Assembly: GCA_016212825.1 (NCBI GenBank)
Contig: JACRDS010000026.1
Coordinates: 31,413-95,412, forward strand
Length of the DNA stretch: 64,000 nt
Direction: 5' to 3'
From: Elusimicrobiota bacterium
Lineage (GTDB): Bacteria > Elusimicrobiota > Elusimicrobia > UBA1565 > UBA9628
Shown here piece by piece: positions 56,091-64,000 of this stretch. Below the pieces are notes generated by a model. It saw only the letters and a program-made list of their open reading frames with translations, ran no database searches and was not told the DNA's origin. Each line of letters opens with the position of its first letter. Position 1 is the first letter of the stretch. The translations under genes were made by a program, and so were the position numbers.

Positions 56091-56710
56091 TGCCCTTCAA
56101 GTCTTTCGAGAAGAGCCTGACGCAGCTGCAGCGCATCGGGCAAGGCATCCCTCGCGTCTGCCGGAGCGGCCGGCAGTATGAGGTCGATATCGAACTCATG
56201 CTGGAGCAGGCCGGCATCGAGATAGACGCCGTTCCCCTCGCGGACAAAGGGATCGTCGCTTGGATATCGCTGAGCGGCCGAAAGCTCTACGTCGATATCG
56301 GCTTGGCCGACAAAGACTGGCTGGAGAAGCGGTACAGGTTTACCCTCGCCGAAGAATACTCTCATACGATCCTGCATAAGGACCTCTTCGTCGGCATCGC
56401 CACCCCGGAGCAATGGGTGAAGAAGTGGCAGGGATTGCCGGAGGAGATCTACCGGCGGCTGGACCAACAAGCCAAGGAGCTTGCAGGCATCCTGCTCATG
56501 CCGGAAGACACCTTCCGTCCGCGGATGATCGCGCTGCGGGATGACTTCGCGAACATCGAAGGTGCCTCGGGCAATATGAGCCTCGAGCAGAAGGCCCGCA
56601 TCGCGATCAATGTCAGAAAGACCCTCATAGATGACTATAATGTGAGCGAGCATGCCTGTTCTATCCGGATACAGCGGCTGGCATATCCCAAGGACCTGTT
56701 TTCTGTCTAA
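56090..56710 (+). CDS. ImmA/IrrE-like (DUF955-like) partner protein of the XRE regulator (putative)
   Basis: Its start overlaps the XRE stop (TAATG). It has a His-containing EEYSHTILH segment. Gene order and size fit XRE+ImmA-type pairs. No perfect HExxH. Confidence 0.4.
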   Translation: MPFKSFEKSLTQLQRIGQGIPRVCRSGRQYEVDIELMLEQAGIEIDAVPLADKGIVAWISLSGRKLYVDIGLADKDWLEKRYRFTLAEEYSHTILHKDLFVGIATPEQWVKKWQGLPEEIYRRLDQQAKELAGILLMPEDTFRPRMIALRDDFANIEGASGNMSLEQKARIAINVRKTLIDDYNVSEHACSIRIQRLAYPKDLFSV

Positions 56711-56751
56711 ACCACCCGCTTCATCCCCCAACTTTACCCAGGAGAACTGAC

Positions 56752-57687
56752 ACGAAATTCAACACCTTCGACGAACTCATCCGCCTCACCAAGGGCCTCT
56801 CCAACCGCATCGTCTCCCCCGGCGCCGACACCCCCGAGCTCATCGAGGCCATCAAGATCGCCGACGACTTCGGCCTGGTCTCCGGCGGGGTGCTCATCGG
56901 CGACACCGCCCGCATGAAGGCTCTGGCCGCCCAGGCCGGGCTCGGGCTCGGCAAGTTCGAGCTCCTCGACTGCCCCGACCACGCCCAGATGTGCGGCGCC
57001 GCCTGCGCGCTCATCAAGGAAGGTAAAGGCGACATCCTGGTCAAAGGCCACGTCGACTCGGCCCTCTACGTCAAAGCCATCATGAGCAAGGAGACCCGGC
57101 TCATGCTCCCCGGCACCACCCTCTCCCACTTCGCCCTCTTCGAGACCGCCCGCTACCACAAGCTTTTCGGCATCGCCGACTCCGCCGTGCTCGTGGCGCC
57201 CAACCTCGAGCGCAAGCGCAAGATCATCCAGAACTCCGTGGACATCATGCGCCTGCTCGGCGTCGAGCTCCCCAAGGTCGCGGTCGTCTGCCCCGTGGAG
57301 AAGGTCAACCCCGCCATGCCCAGCACCGTGGACGCCGCCGAGCTCGCCAAGATGAGCCAGGACGGCCGCATCCAGAACGCCGTGGTGGAAGGGCCCTACG
57401 ACCTCTATATCGCGCTCTCGCGCCGGGCCGCCGAGCAGAAAGGCGTGCAGGGCGGCCAGGTGCCCGGCGAGGCCGACATCCTGCTCCTGCCCAACCTCGA
57501 GGCCTGCAACCCCCTCTACAAGGCGCTCAACTTCTTCGCCGAAGGCGTCAAACAAGGCGGCTTCGTGGCCGGCGCCGCCGTGCCCGTGCTGCTGCCTTCG
57601 CGCACCGACCCGCCCATCGTCAAGGCGCTCTCTATAGCTTTGGCCTCGTTCCTCAAGAGCCAGAAGCAGGCCGCGGCGCAGGCATAG
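56752..57687 (+). CDS. Phosphate butyryltransferase/phosphate acetyltransferase (PTA_PTB family). The start codon position is occupied by ACG
   Basis: PTB-like homology runs from TKFNTFDELIRLTKGLSNRIVSPGADTPELIEAIKIADDFGLVSGGVLIGD... in-frame from 56752. SD GGAGA lies 6 nt upstream of ACG 56752. The first canonical start (GTG 56890) would delete the conserved N-terminus. Confidence 0.7.
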   Translation, partial: TKFNTFDELIRLTKGLSNRIVSPGADTPELIEAIKIADDFGLVSGGVLIGDTARMKALAAQAGLGLGKFELLDCPDHAQMCGAACALIKEGKGDILVKGHVDSALYVKAIMSKETRLMLPGTTLSHFALFETARYHKLFGIADSAVLVAPNLERKRKIIQNSVDIMRLLGVELPKVAVVCPVEKVNPAMPSTVDAAELAKMSQDGRIQNAVVEGPYDLYIALSRRAAEQKGVQGGQVPGEADILLLPNLEACNPLYKALNFFAEGVKQGGFVAGAAVPVLLPSRTDPPIVKALSIALASFLKSQKQAAAQA

Positions 57688-57695
57688 GAGCCGCC

Positions 57696-59624
57696 TTGAG
57701 GATCGCGCCTCTCGGCGTGGCGGCCATGATGTTCATCGCCGGCGCCGCCATCGCCGCGGACAGACAGAGCGACCTGCAGACCTGGCGGAGCTTCCGCGAG
57801 GCGCTGCGTTCCGGGAAGATGGCCGACCCCGCCCGCTACCGCCCCCTGCTCCCCATGCTCCGCGAGCCCTTGATAGGGTTCATGTCGGACATGCGCAAGA
57901 ACGTGGACTGGGAAGACCCGGGCCCTGACCCCGAGGTCTTCCGCGTCGGCGACCGCGTCCACTACATCGTCACTTTGGCCTCCGGGCAAGGGGAGTCCAA
58001 GTCCACCGGCACGTTCTGCTTCACCTTGGTCCTGGAGCAAGGACAGTGGTACTTCCAGCACGTGGAGAGCATATTCCTCCGCCTGGACAAGATCGGCGAG
58101 CCTCCGGTGTCCAGCTTCCCCGACCTGGCGGAGGGACAGAAGCTGTGGATCCGCGACGAGATCCAGGCCACCAAGGACGTGCGGCTCTTCGCCCAGCTCA
58201 GCCGCGACAAGGGCAAGGCCTCGGCGCTGGACTGGTTCAAGGACGGCGCCGGCTACGCTCTTCAGGCGCGGACCTGGGTCCCCTTCGTGTCCCCGGCCCG
58301 GGCCTTCATCCTGTATCTGTGCTGGGACCTGGCCAACCTCAGAGGCGAGGCGGCGGTCTTGGAGAGCTTGAGCGACCAGGAAGCGCGCGTCCGCTTCTCT
58401 CCCCGCGCCTTCGCGCTCTATGAGCGCACGGGCCACCTCAAGAAGCAGATCAGCGGGGAGGACTTCCGCAGCCTCTTCGAGACCGTGTGGCTCGACCGCG
58501 CGCAAAGCGCGGGCTGGGACTTGAGCATCTCCTATGAAGGGGAGAAGTGCGTGTTCCGCTTCGTCAGGCAGGCCCGGAAGCAGGAGCCGAGCCAGCCCAT
58601 GCAGCCGCTGGAAGCCTTCCTGAGCTCCCAAGGCCGGCCCCCGGGCGACTACGTCCTCTCCAGATTCCGCGACCATCGCATCGTCCTGCTGGGCGAGCAC
58701 CACTGGATCCGCCATGACGCGTCCATGGTCCGGGACCTCGTGCCGCGCCTGCCGGAGGCGGGAGTCCGGATCCTGGCTCTCGAGCAGCTCCCCGCGGCCG
58801 AACAGGCGCGTATCGACCGCATCCTCTCCGCCGAGACTTGGGACCGGCGGGAGGCCATCGCGGTGCTGCGGCGCGCGCAATGGCCCTACCGCGAATACCT
58901 GGAGATTCTACAGGCCGCCTGGAAGCTCAACCATGGCCCCTCCGCCAAGGCCCGTCCCCTCTCAGTCCTCGCGCTGGCTCCCGGAGCGGATTGGCGCCAG
59001 GAGCTCTTGCCCAAGGGCCAGACCTACGACTCTTTCATGGCCAAGCGGCTCCTCGACCGAATCGGCGGGACCAAGGACAAGGTCCTGGTCTATTGCGGCA
59101 TCCACCATGCCTTCACCCGCTACAGCCAGCCCGAGTTCCCTCGCGAGGGCCGGGTCGAGCGCTACATGGATCGGATGGGCAACATCCTGTGGCGGGAGCT
59201 GGGGGAGGACGTGTTCCTCATCGCGCTCCACAGGCCCTGGACCTGCGTGAAGGGCGGCAAGGAAGCGCCCTGCTACCCGGCTCGCGGCGCGATCGACTGC
59301 GCGGCGGCCAAGGTCGGCAAGCCCGTGGGGTTCGATGTCGTGGGCTCGCCCTTCGCCGAGCTGGGCGCGGAGCCGGGCGCCTACTATTCCATGGGGCACC
59401 CGGGCTTCCAACTCCAGGGCTTCACGGACGGCTACATCTGGCAGAGGCCCCTGCGCGGCTATGAAGGCGTCGAGCTCATCCCTCTCGAGGAGTTCGCGCC
59501 GGACCTGCCGGCGGCCAGGATGAAGGAGTTCTGGGTGAAGGAGTCCGCCAAGCTGCGCGATTTTCCGGCCGCGCACGGCTGGGAGGGGATGCTGGCCAGT
59601 CCCCCGTGTCATGAGTCCCATTAG
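57696..59624 (+). CDS. Hypothetical secreted protein (642 aa). Its C-terminal half has a GEHH motif reminiscent of the ChaN/Tiki/erythromycin-esterase superfamily
   Basis: TTG start 5 nt after SD AGGAG. Signal peptide RIAPLGVAAMMFIAGAAIAA. Motif RIVLLGEHHWIRHD. Confidence 0.45.
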   Translation: MRIAPLGVAAMMFIAGAAIAADRQSDLQTWRSFREALRSGKMADPARYRPLLPMLREPLIGFMSDMRKNVDWEDPGPDPEVFRVGDRVHYIVTLASGQGESKSTGTFCFTLVLEQGQWYFQHVESIFLRLDKIGEPPVSSFPDLAEGQKLWIRDEIQATKDVRLFAQLSRDKGKASALDWFKDGAGYALQARTWVPFVSPARAFILYLCWDLANLRGEAAVLESLSDQEARVRFSPRAFALYERTGHLKKQISGEDFRSLFETVWLDRAQSAGWDLSISYEGEKCVFRFVRQARKQEPSQPMQPLEAFLSSQGRPPGDYVLSRFRDHRIVLLGEHHWIRHDASMVRDLVPRLPEAGVRILALEQLPAAEQARIDRILSAETWDRREAIAVLRRAQWPYREYLEILQAAWKLNHGPSAKARPLSVLALAPGADWRQELLPKGQTYDSFMAKRLLDRIGGTKDKVLVYCGIHHAFTRYSQPEFPREGRVERYMDRMGNILWRELGEDVFLIALHRPWTCVKGGKEAPCYPARGAIDCAAAKVGKPVGFDVVGSPFAELGAEPGAYYSMGHPGFQLQGFTDGYIWQRPLRGYEGVELIPLEEFAPDLPAARMKEFWVKESAKLRDFPAAHGWEGMLASPPCHESH

Positions 59625-59654
59625 GCCGGCCTGGGCGGCCTCCTCTGCCTCTTA

Positions 59655-59969
59655 TTGCTGGTCGCTGGGGGCATATTTTTCTTCGGCATGGTCAGAGAGC
59701 CCAAGCCTATCCCCTTCGACCAGCAGGTCTGGAACGACCCCAATAGAGGAGAGCAGTCCCGCTACGCCATGCACGAGGACCTCATAGCCGAGCACCGGCT
59801 CATCGGCATGACCAAAGCCGAGATAGAGGCCCTATTGGGCAAACCCGACTGGGAAGGCCGCGACTGGTACAAGCTCAGCCCCCAGCTGGGCTTCGGCATC
59901 GACCACATCTGGCTCGAGTTCACGTACCAGGACGGCAAGGTCGCGGCGCACAAGCTCGCCTACGACTAG
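59655..59969 (+). CDS. Hypothetical small protein (104 aa) with an N-terminal TM segment
   Basis: MLVAGGIFFFGMV.... No motif recognised. Confidence 0.4.
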   Translation: MLVAGGIFFFGMVREPKPIPFDQQVWNDPNRGEQSRYAMHEDLIAEHRLIGMTKAEIEALLGKPDWEGRDWYKLSPQLGFGIDHIWLEFTYQDGKVAAHKLAYD

Positions 59970-60121
59970 CGGCCGCAAGGCGCGGCAGCGCGACAAAACC
60001 CCGGGGGGATCTCGAAAAAACTCTCCGGGGATATATCAGGCAGGCCCGGAACAGGCTTCCGCGGGAGGGGTCCCCGTCCCCCGCTGGCGTCAGCCCCCCA
60101 ACAAAGGTATCCTCACCAGTG

Positions 60122-60778
60122 ATGGCCAAGAGCAAGTCCCGCCGGTCCAACGTCTTCGAGGCGTTCGTCCTCGTGTTCGCCGGAGCCGTGCTCCTGCCCC
60201 TCGGCTGCCGCGACGCCGAGAAGCAGGCGGAGCGGCTGGCCACCTACATCCAGACCAACGCCAGCATCCTCTCCGGCGCGGTCCGGGAGGTCCAGGACGA
60301 CGACGGCACCGAGTACTGCCCCCGCCTGCTCTACCGCTACGTGGCCGAAGACCGCTGGCTCGAGTCCGGCGAGGTCACGCCCCTGGGCGACCTGCCCTGC
60401 TCTTCGACCCGGGCCAAGGCCGAGGCCGTGCTCAAGAGCTACCCGCCCGGCATGCAGCTCAAGGCCTACGTGGACCCCGCCCAGCCCGGGCGGCAGGTCT
60501 TCCTCCTGCCCCGCCGCTCCAGCGCGCCCTACTTCATGATGCTCGGCGGCCTGGTCCTGCTGACGATCGGGCTCTGGCTCTGGGACGTCCGGCCCCGCAC
60601 TGGCCGCGCCTTCGCTTGGGTCTGGTCCCTCTATGCCCTGGCCGGGGTCCTGATAATGGCCCACGAGCGGTTCAGCGGACCGGGCTGGTCCCTTCCCGTC
60701 GCCTTGGCCCTGTGGGCCGCGCACTGCGGCGTGCCCTTCATCCTGCGGGCCGAGCCCTGGGACCTTTCGGATGATTGA
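60122..60778 (+). CDS. DUF3592-like membrane protein
   Basis: An N-terminal TM, a Tyr-rich soluble segment (YCPRLLYRYVAEDRW...KAYVDPAQP) and then two C-terminal TM helices. Confidence 0.45.
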   Translation: MAKSKSRRSNVFEAFVLVFAGAVLLPLGCRDAEKQAERLATYIQTNASILSGAVREVQDDDGTEYCPRLLYRYVAEDRWLESGEVTPLGDLPCSSTRAKAEAVLKSYPPGMQLKAYVDPAQPGRQVFLLPRRSSAPYFMMLGGLVLLTIGLWLWDVRPRTGRAFAWVWSLYALAGVLIMAHERFSGPGWSLPVALALWAAHCGVPFILRAEPWDLSDD

Positions 60779-60800
60779 GTACGCAGGAAAGGAGGCGGTC

Positions 60801-61406
60801 ATGAGGACAATCGCCGGGAGATTAGCCGCGCATGTGCACGCCCTGCGCGCCTGCCGGCGCTGCAGCCACATGCATCCGCCCGTGGTCAGCGGCGGCCCCG
60901 TCATCAGCAAGGTCATCCTCGTGGGCCAGGCCCCGGGCGACAAGGAGCCCAAGCTGGGGCGGCCCTTCGCCTGGACCGCGGGCAAGACCCTTTTCAAGTG
61001 GTTCTCCGAGGCCGCCGGCCTGACCGAAGAGCGCTTCCGCTCCACCATCTACATGGCCGCGGTGTGCCGCTGCTTCCCGGGCAAGAAGCCGGGCGGCGGG
61101 GACCGGGTCCCCTCGCCCGAGGAGGTCGAGAACTGCGCGGCTTGGCTGGAGCGCGAGGTCGAGATCCTCGAGCCGGCGCTCGTCATCCCGGTGGGCAAGC
61201 TGGCTATCGGGCGCTTCCTGCCCGCGGGCAAGCTCGACGAGCTCATCGGCCGCCGATTCCGGGTCCAGGGCCTCGACGTCATCCCTCTGCCGCACCCCTC
61301 CGGCGCCTCGCCCTGGCACCGCATGGAGCCGGGCAAGACCTTGCTGCGCAAGGCCCTGGGCCTCATCGCCGCGCATCCGGCCCTGCGGCGGTCCCGGGGC
61401 GACTGA
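60801..61406 (+). CDS. Uracil-DNA glycosylase superfamily protein (family 4/5-like)
   Basis: ILVGQAPGDKE (the GxAPG motif), IPLPHPSG (the HPS motif) and Cys residues for an Fe-S cluster. A strong SD, AAGGAGG, lies before ATG 60801. Confidence 0.7.
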   Translation: MRTIAGRLAAHVHALRACRRCSHMHPPVVSGGPVISKVILVGQAPGDKEPKLGRPFAWTAGKTLFKWFSEAAGLTEERFRSTIYMAAVCRCFPGKKPGGGDRVPSPEEVENCAAWLEREVEILEPALVIPVGKLAIGRFLPAGKLDELIGRRFRVQGLDVIPLPHPSGASPWHRMEPGKTLLRKALGLIAAHPALRRSRGD

Positions 61407-61480
61407 GCGGCCCGCCTGAATTGACGCTTTTTTGACGGCTCTGCGCTAGAGTATTCTCAAGACTTACAGGCGGAGGCCGT

Positions 61481-62437
61481 ATGCGGAGCGGGGCCGTGCG
61501 CTGGAGCAGTCGCCTAGGCACGGCACTCGCCTGCCTTTTGGCTTGCCCTGCGGCCTGGGGCTCGGCCTACGAAGGCCTGGCGCGCGATCTGTCCCGTGCC
61601 GCGCGTCGTGCCGGCATCCGAACCGTGGCCGTGGCCCCCTTCCAGTCCGCCGATGGGGCCGAGTCGCGCGAAGGCTGGTTCATCGCCGAGGAGCTCAGCA
61701 CCGATCTGGTCCGCGCCGGCCGGTTGCGCGTGGTGGAGCGCAACCTCCTGGGGGCCCTCTTCGACGAGGAGCGCCTGGCGCGCACCGGGGCTCTCGGCCA
61801 GCGGCCTCCGCGCCTCTCCGGCGGCCTGGTCGCTGCCGACGGCATCGTCACCGGCAGCTACGCCTCGGTCGGCGGAAAGCTGCGCGTGGAAGCCCGGCTC
61901 GTAGACGCGGCCAGCGGCCTGGTCGTGGCCGCGGCCCGCGAGCGCGCCGCCCGGCTCCTGCTCGGCGCCCCCGCGGCCGCCGGCCTGGCCCCGGCCCGGC
62001 CCCGGAAGAGCGGCTGGTCCTTCCTGATTCCGGAGTTCGATTCGTCCCCGCCCACCGAGTTCCTCGAGGAGCCCCTGGCCGATTTCCTGTTCCAGCCGGC
62101 CCGCGCCGAGCGCGTCGCGGCGTCCGATCCCGCCATGCGGGACGCCGTGGCGGACAACTGCGCCGACGCCCGGCGCTCGGTCGACGAGATGGAGTCGCGC
62201 GTCCTGGAGCTCAAGGCCCGCTACTGGGCCCTGCGCCTGCGCCGCGGCCCCAAGGGAGCCTGGCCCTCGGACCCCGGCGCGTCGCTCTCCGACCCGGAGC
62301 TCAAGCGCCGCTTCTACGCCGAGCTGGGCTCCTGGAGCGCGCGGCCGGACGTGCGGGAACTCGACGTCGGCGAACTGCTGACCTTGCTCATGATCGACCA
62401 CAAGGCCGGCGCCTTGCGCGAGAAGTGCAGACTTTGA
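61481..62437 (+). CDS. CsgG/LpoB-fold-like lipoprotein (hypothetical)
   Basis: Lipoprotein-like signal (LACLLACPAAWG). TVAVAPFQSADGAESREGWFIAEELSTDLVRAGRLRVVERNLLGALFDEERL...GIVTGSY...RLVDAASGLVV resembles the CsgG/LpoB N-domain pattern. Confidence 0.45.
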   Translation: MRSGAVRWSSRLGTALACLLACPAAWGSAYEGLARDLSRAARRAGIRTVAVAPFQSADGAESREGWFIAEELSTDLVRAGRLRVVERNLLGALFDEERLARTGALGQRPPRLSGGLVAADGIVTGSYASVGGKLRVEARLVDAASGLVVAAARERAARLLLGAPAAAGLAPARPRKSGWSFLIPEFDSSPPTEFLEEPLADFLFQPARAERVAASDPAMRDAVADNCADARRSVDEMESRVLELKARYWALRLRRGPKGAWPSDPGASLSDPELKRRFYAELGSWSARPDVRELDVGELLTLLMIDHKAGALREKCRL

Positions 62438-62451
62438 CGGAAGGAGGGGAT

Positions 62452-62892
62452 ATGAGAAATCTGGCATTGGCGGCCCTGGCCCTGGCCGCGGTCATGGCCG
62501 GCTGTCACGGCGTGACCTCGCGGGTCAAGCAGGGACACGTCACGCAGACCATCGACCAGCGCCCCGAGCGGGGCAGCTACTTCGAGGCCATCGGCATCGG
62601 GGCCTCGGACCCGACCATGCCCACGGAGACCCAGCGCAAGGCCCTGGCGCGCGACGCGGCCATCGTCAAGGCGCAGTACGAGATGCTCTCCATGCTCAAG
62701 GGCGTGCGCCTGGAGGGCGGCGTGACCGTGGACCGGGCCTTGGAGGTGGACTCCAAGCTCGAGGCCCGGGTGATGGAGACCATCAAGGGCGCGGAGATCT
62801 ATAAGTCCGAGTTCACCGCGGACAACGGCTGCGTGGTGACCCTGCGCCTGCCCAAGTCCAAGCTCGGGCAGCTCTTCGGCTCGGAGCTGTGA
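62452..62892 (+). CDS. Small lipoprotein (LPP20-like, hypothetical)
   Basis: ATG 62452 after SD GGAGGGG. Lipobox LAAVMAGC. 146 aa. It is the tail of track ORF 61543..62892. Confidence 0.45.
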   Translation: MRNLALAALALAAVMAGCHGVTSRVKQGHVTQTIDQRPERGSYFEAIGIGASDPTMPTETQRKALARDAAIVKAQYEMLSMLKGVRLEGGVTVDRALEVDSKLEARVMETIKGAEIYKSEFTADNGCVVTLRLPKSKLGQLFGSEL

Positions 62893-63692
62893 TGAGCCGG
62901 ACGGCCCGCGCCTGGCCGCTCCTGGCGGCGGCCGCGCTCTGCGCGGCTTGCGCCGGGCCCCCGCGCCGCGCCGGCCCGCCGGGGCCGGCCGTGCGCAGCG
63001 TGGAGGCGGAAGGCTGGGCTCCCTACGACGCGCGGGACCCCGAGGGCTCGCGGCGCCGCGCCGTGGCCGACGCGCAGTGGCGGGCCGCCGAGGCGGTCAA
63101 CGGAGTCTCGGTGTCGGCCTCCACCTTGGTCGCGGAGACGGTCGGGGTGCGCAGCCGCGTCCTCTCCGAGGCCGGCGGCGGCATCACGGACTACTCCGTG
63201 CTGGGCGAGTCCCGGGAGGGGGGGTTCGCGAAGGTCAGCATCCGCGCCGCGGTTCTGGTGCGGCCCGCGGGAGTGCCGGCCGAGGCCCCGCCCTTGGGCG
63301 TGCGCGTCAGCGTGGCGGTGTCGGCCGGCGGGCCTCTGTCCGGGGACTGGCGCGGGGCCGCGGGCGACGCCCTGCGCTGGCAGCTGCTGGCGCGGGGGTT
63401 CTCGGTCGTGGAAGGGAACCGGGAACGGCCGGATCTGGCCTTGGAGGCGCGGGCGCGGGCCGAGCCGGTGGAAGACCCCCGCCTGGGAGGCTTCCGCTCC
63501 TACGTGGCGACCTTGAGCGTGCGCGCGGTGCGGCCGGAGACCGGAGAGGTGCTGTGGGAGGGGGTGCGGGAGGCCTCGGGCCTGGACACGGACGCGGAGG
63601 CGGCCTTGTCGCAGGCCGTGGCTCAGGCCGGACTCATCGCGGGGCGGGACGCGGCCGCGGCCCTGTCCCGCCTGATGTGGCGCCGGTTCTAG
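62889..63692 (+). CDS. Lipoprotein (hypothetical)
   Basis: Signal/lipobox LLAAAALCAACAG. Its start overlaps the previous stop (ATGA). Confidence 0.45.
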   Translation: MMSRTARAWPLLAAAALCAACAGPPRRAGPPGPAVRSVEAEGWAPYDARDPEGSRRRAVADAQWRAAEAVNGVSVSASTLVAETVGVRSRVLSEAGGGITDYSVLGESREGGFAKVSIRAAVLVRPAGVPAEAPPLGVRVSVAVSAGGPLSGDWRGAAGDALRWQLLARGFSVVEGNRERPDLALEARARAEPVEDPRLGGFRSYVATLSVRAVRPETGEVLWEGVREASGLDTDAEAALSQAVAQAGLIAGRDAAAALSRLMWRRF

Positions 63693-63698
63693 TCGGGG

Positions 63699-64000
63699 CT
63701 ACTGGAGCGAGCCCTGGTGGTTCCAGAGCCAGTCCTTCTCGTACTTCTTGAACTGTTCCCAGGCGGCCTTGGCCGCCTCGATCCTGCCGGAGGCCGGCAT
63801 GTCCAAGAGGGACTTCTGGCCCCGGCGCTTGAGGACGGAGACCCCGCCGGTCGGGTCGTTCTCGACCCAGAGGCGGATGCTGGCGGAGACCGCGGCGTCC
63901 TTGTGCCCGTCTATGTCGTCCATGCCCAGGCGGGTGCCGCCCAGCTCGAAGTAGGTCTCGGCCATGCGGCTGGCCTGGATGTAGGACTTCTCCGCGGAGT
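63699..64000 (-). CDS. 3' portion of a minus-strand gene that continues beyond the window edge
   Basis: The frame stays open upstream of the Met at 63965 (…SAEKSYIQASRMAETYFELGG...) all the way to position 64000. Confidence 0.3.
   Translation of the reverse strand, partial: SAEKSYIQASRMAETYFELGGTRLGMDDIDGHKDAAVSASIRLWVENDPTGGVSVLKRRGQKSLLDMPASGRIEAAKAAWEQFKKYEKDWLWNHQGSLQ

Noticed and set aside
61407-61480. Direct repeat TTGACG...TTGACGG upstream of the CsgG-like gene, read as a possible promoter
   Set aside because: The spacing to any convincing -10 hexamer is poor. I noted it but did not call a promoter.

Overview
This is a high-GC (about 68-72% by eye) bacterial chromosomal segment that is densely coding, mostly on the + strand. 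I found no rRNA, tRNA, CRISPR array, transposase or integrase. Gene content in order: (1) 49-12852, a surface-secretion locus. An outer-membrane beta-barrel gene is followed by a giant (about 3,540 aa) secreted beta-helix/Ig-like-repeat protein that ends in a T9SS-type C-terminal sorting domain. A PorV/PorQ-family barrel gene overlaps its stop codon. (2) 12861-14531, two secreted hypothetical proteins on the minus strand. (3) 14726-21064, housekeeping genes: phosphohexomutase, enolase, ftsB, MBL hydrolase, two tandem lgt paralogs and rluD. (4) 21111-22951, two tandem LysR regulators transcribed divergently from (5). (5) 23056-37455, a roughly 14 kb redox locus and the most interesting part of the window. 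Its order is HdrC, HdrB, a HdrA-N-half::NuoE fusion, a HndB-like 2Fe-2S protein, a NuoF-like flavoprotein, an embedded regulatory cassette (DRTGG, CBS-HATPase, DRTGG, PHP, HATPase), a 1,100-aa NuoG-N-like::HdrA-C-half::HdrA fusion, MvhD, the group-3 [NiFe] hydrogenase small and large subunits, and a maturation protease. The upstream part of this locus has clearly lower GC and different Arg codon usage than the flanks. (6) 37457-48020: a hypothetical membrane protein, an alpha/beta hydrolase, ackA, an aminotransferase, pckA, citrate synthase and maeB. (7) 48152-55509: mdh, aconitase, icd, korDABC and an orphan hypA. (8) 55537-63965: a 30-aa hydrophobic micro-ORF, an XRE/ImmA-like pair behind a textbook promoter and palindrome, a phosphate butyryl/acetyltransferase with an ACG where its start codon should be, secreted hypotheticals, a DUF3592-like membrane protein, a UDG-family glycosylase and three consecutive lipoproteins. 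All calls rest on reading the translated ORFs and the DNA by eye; I ran no searches.
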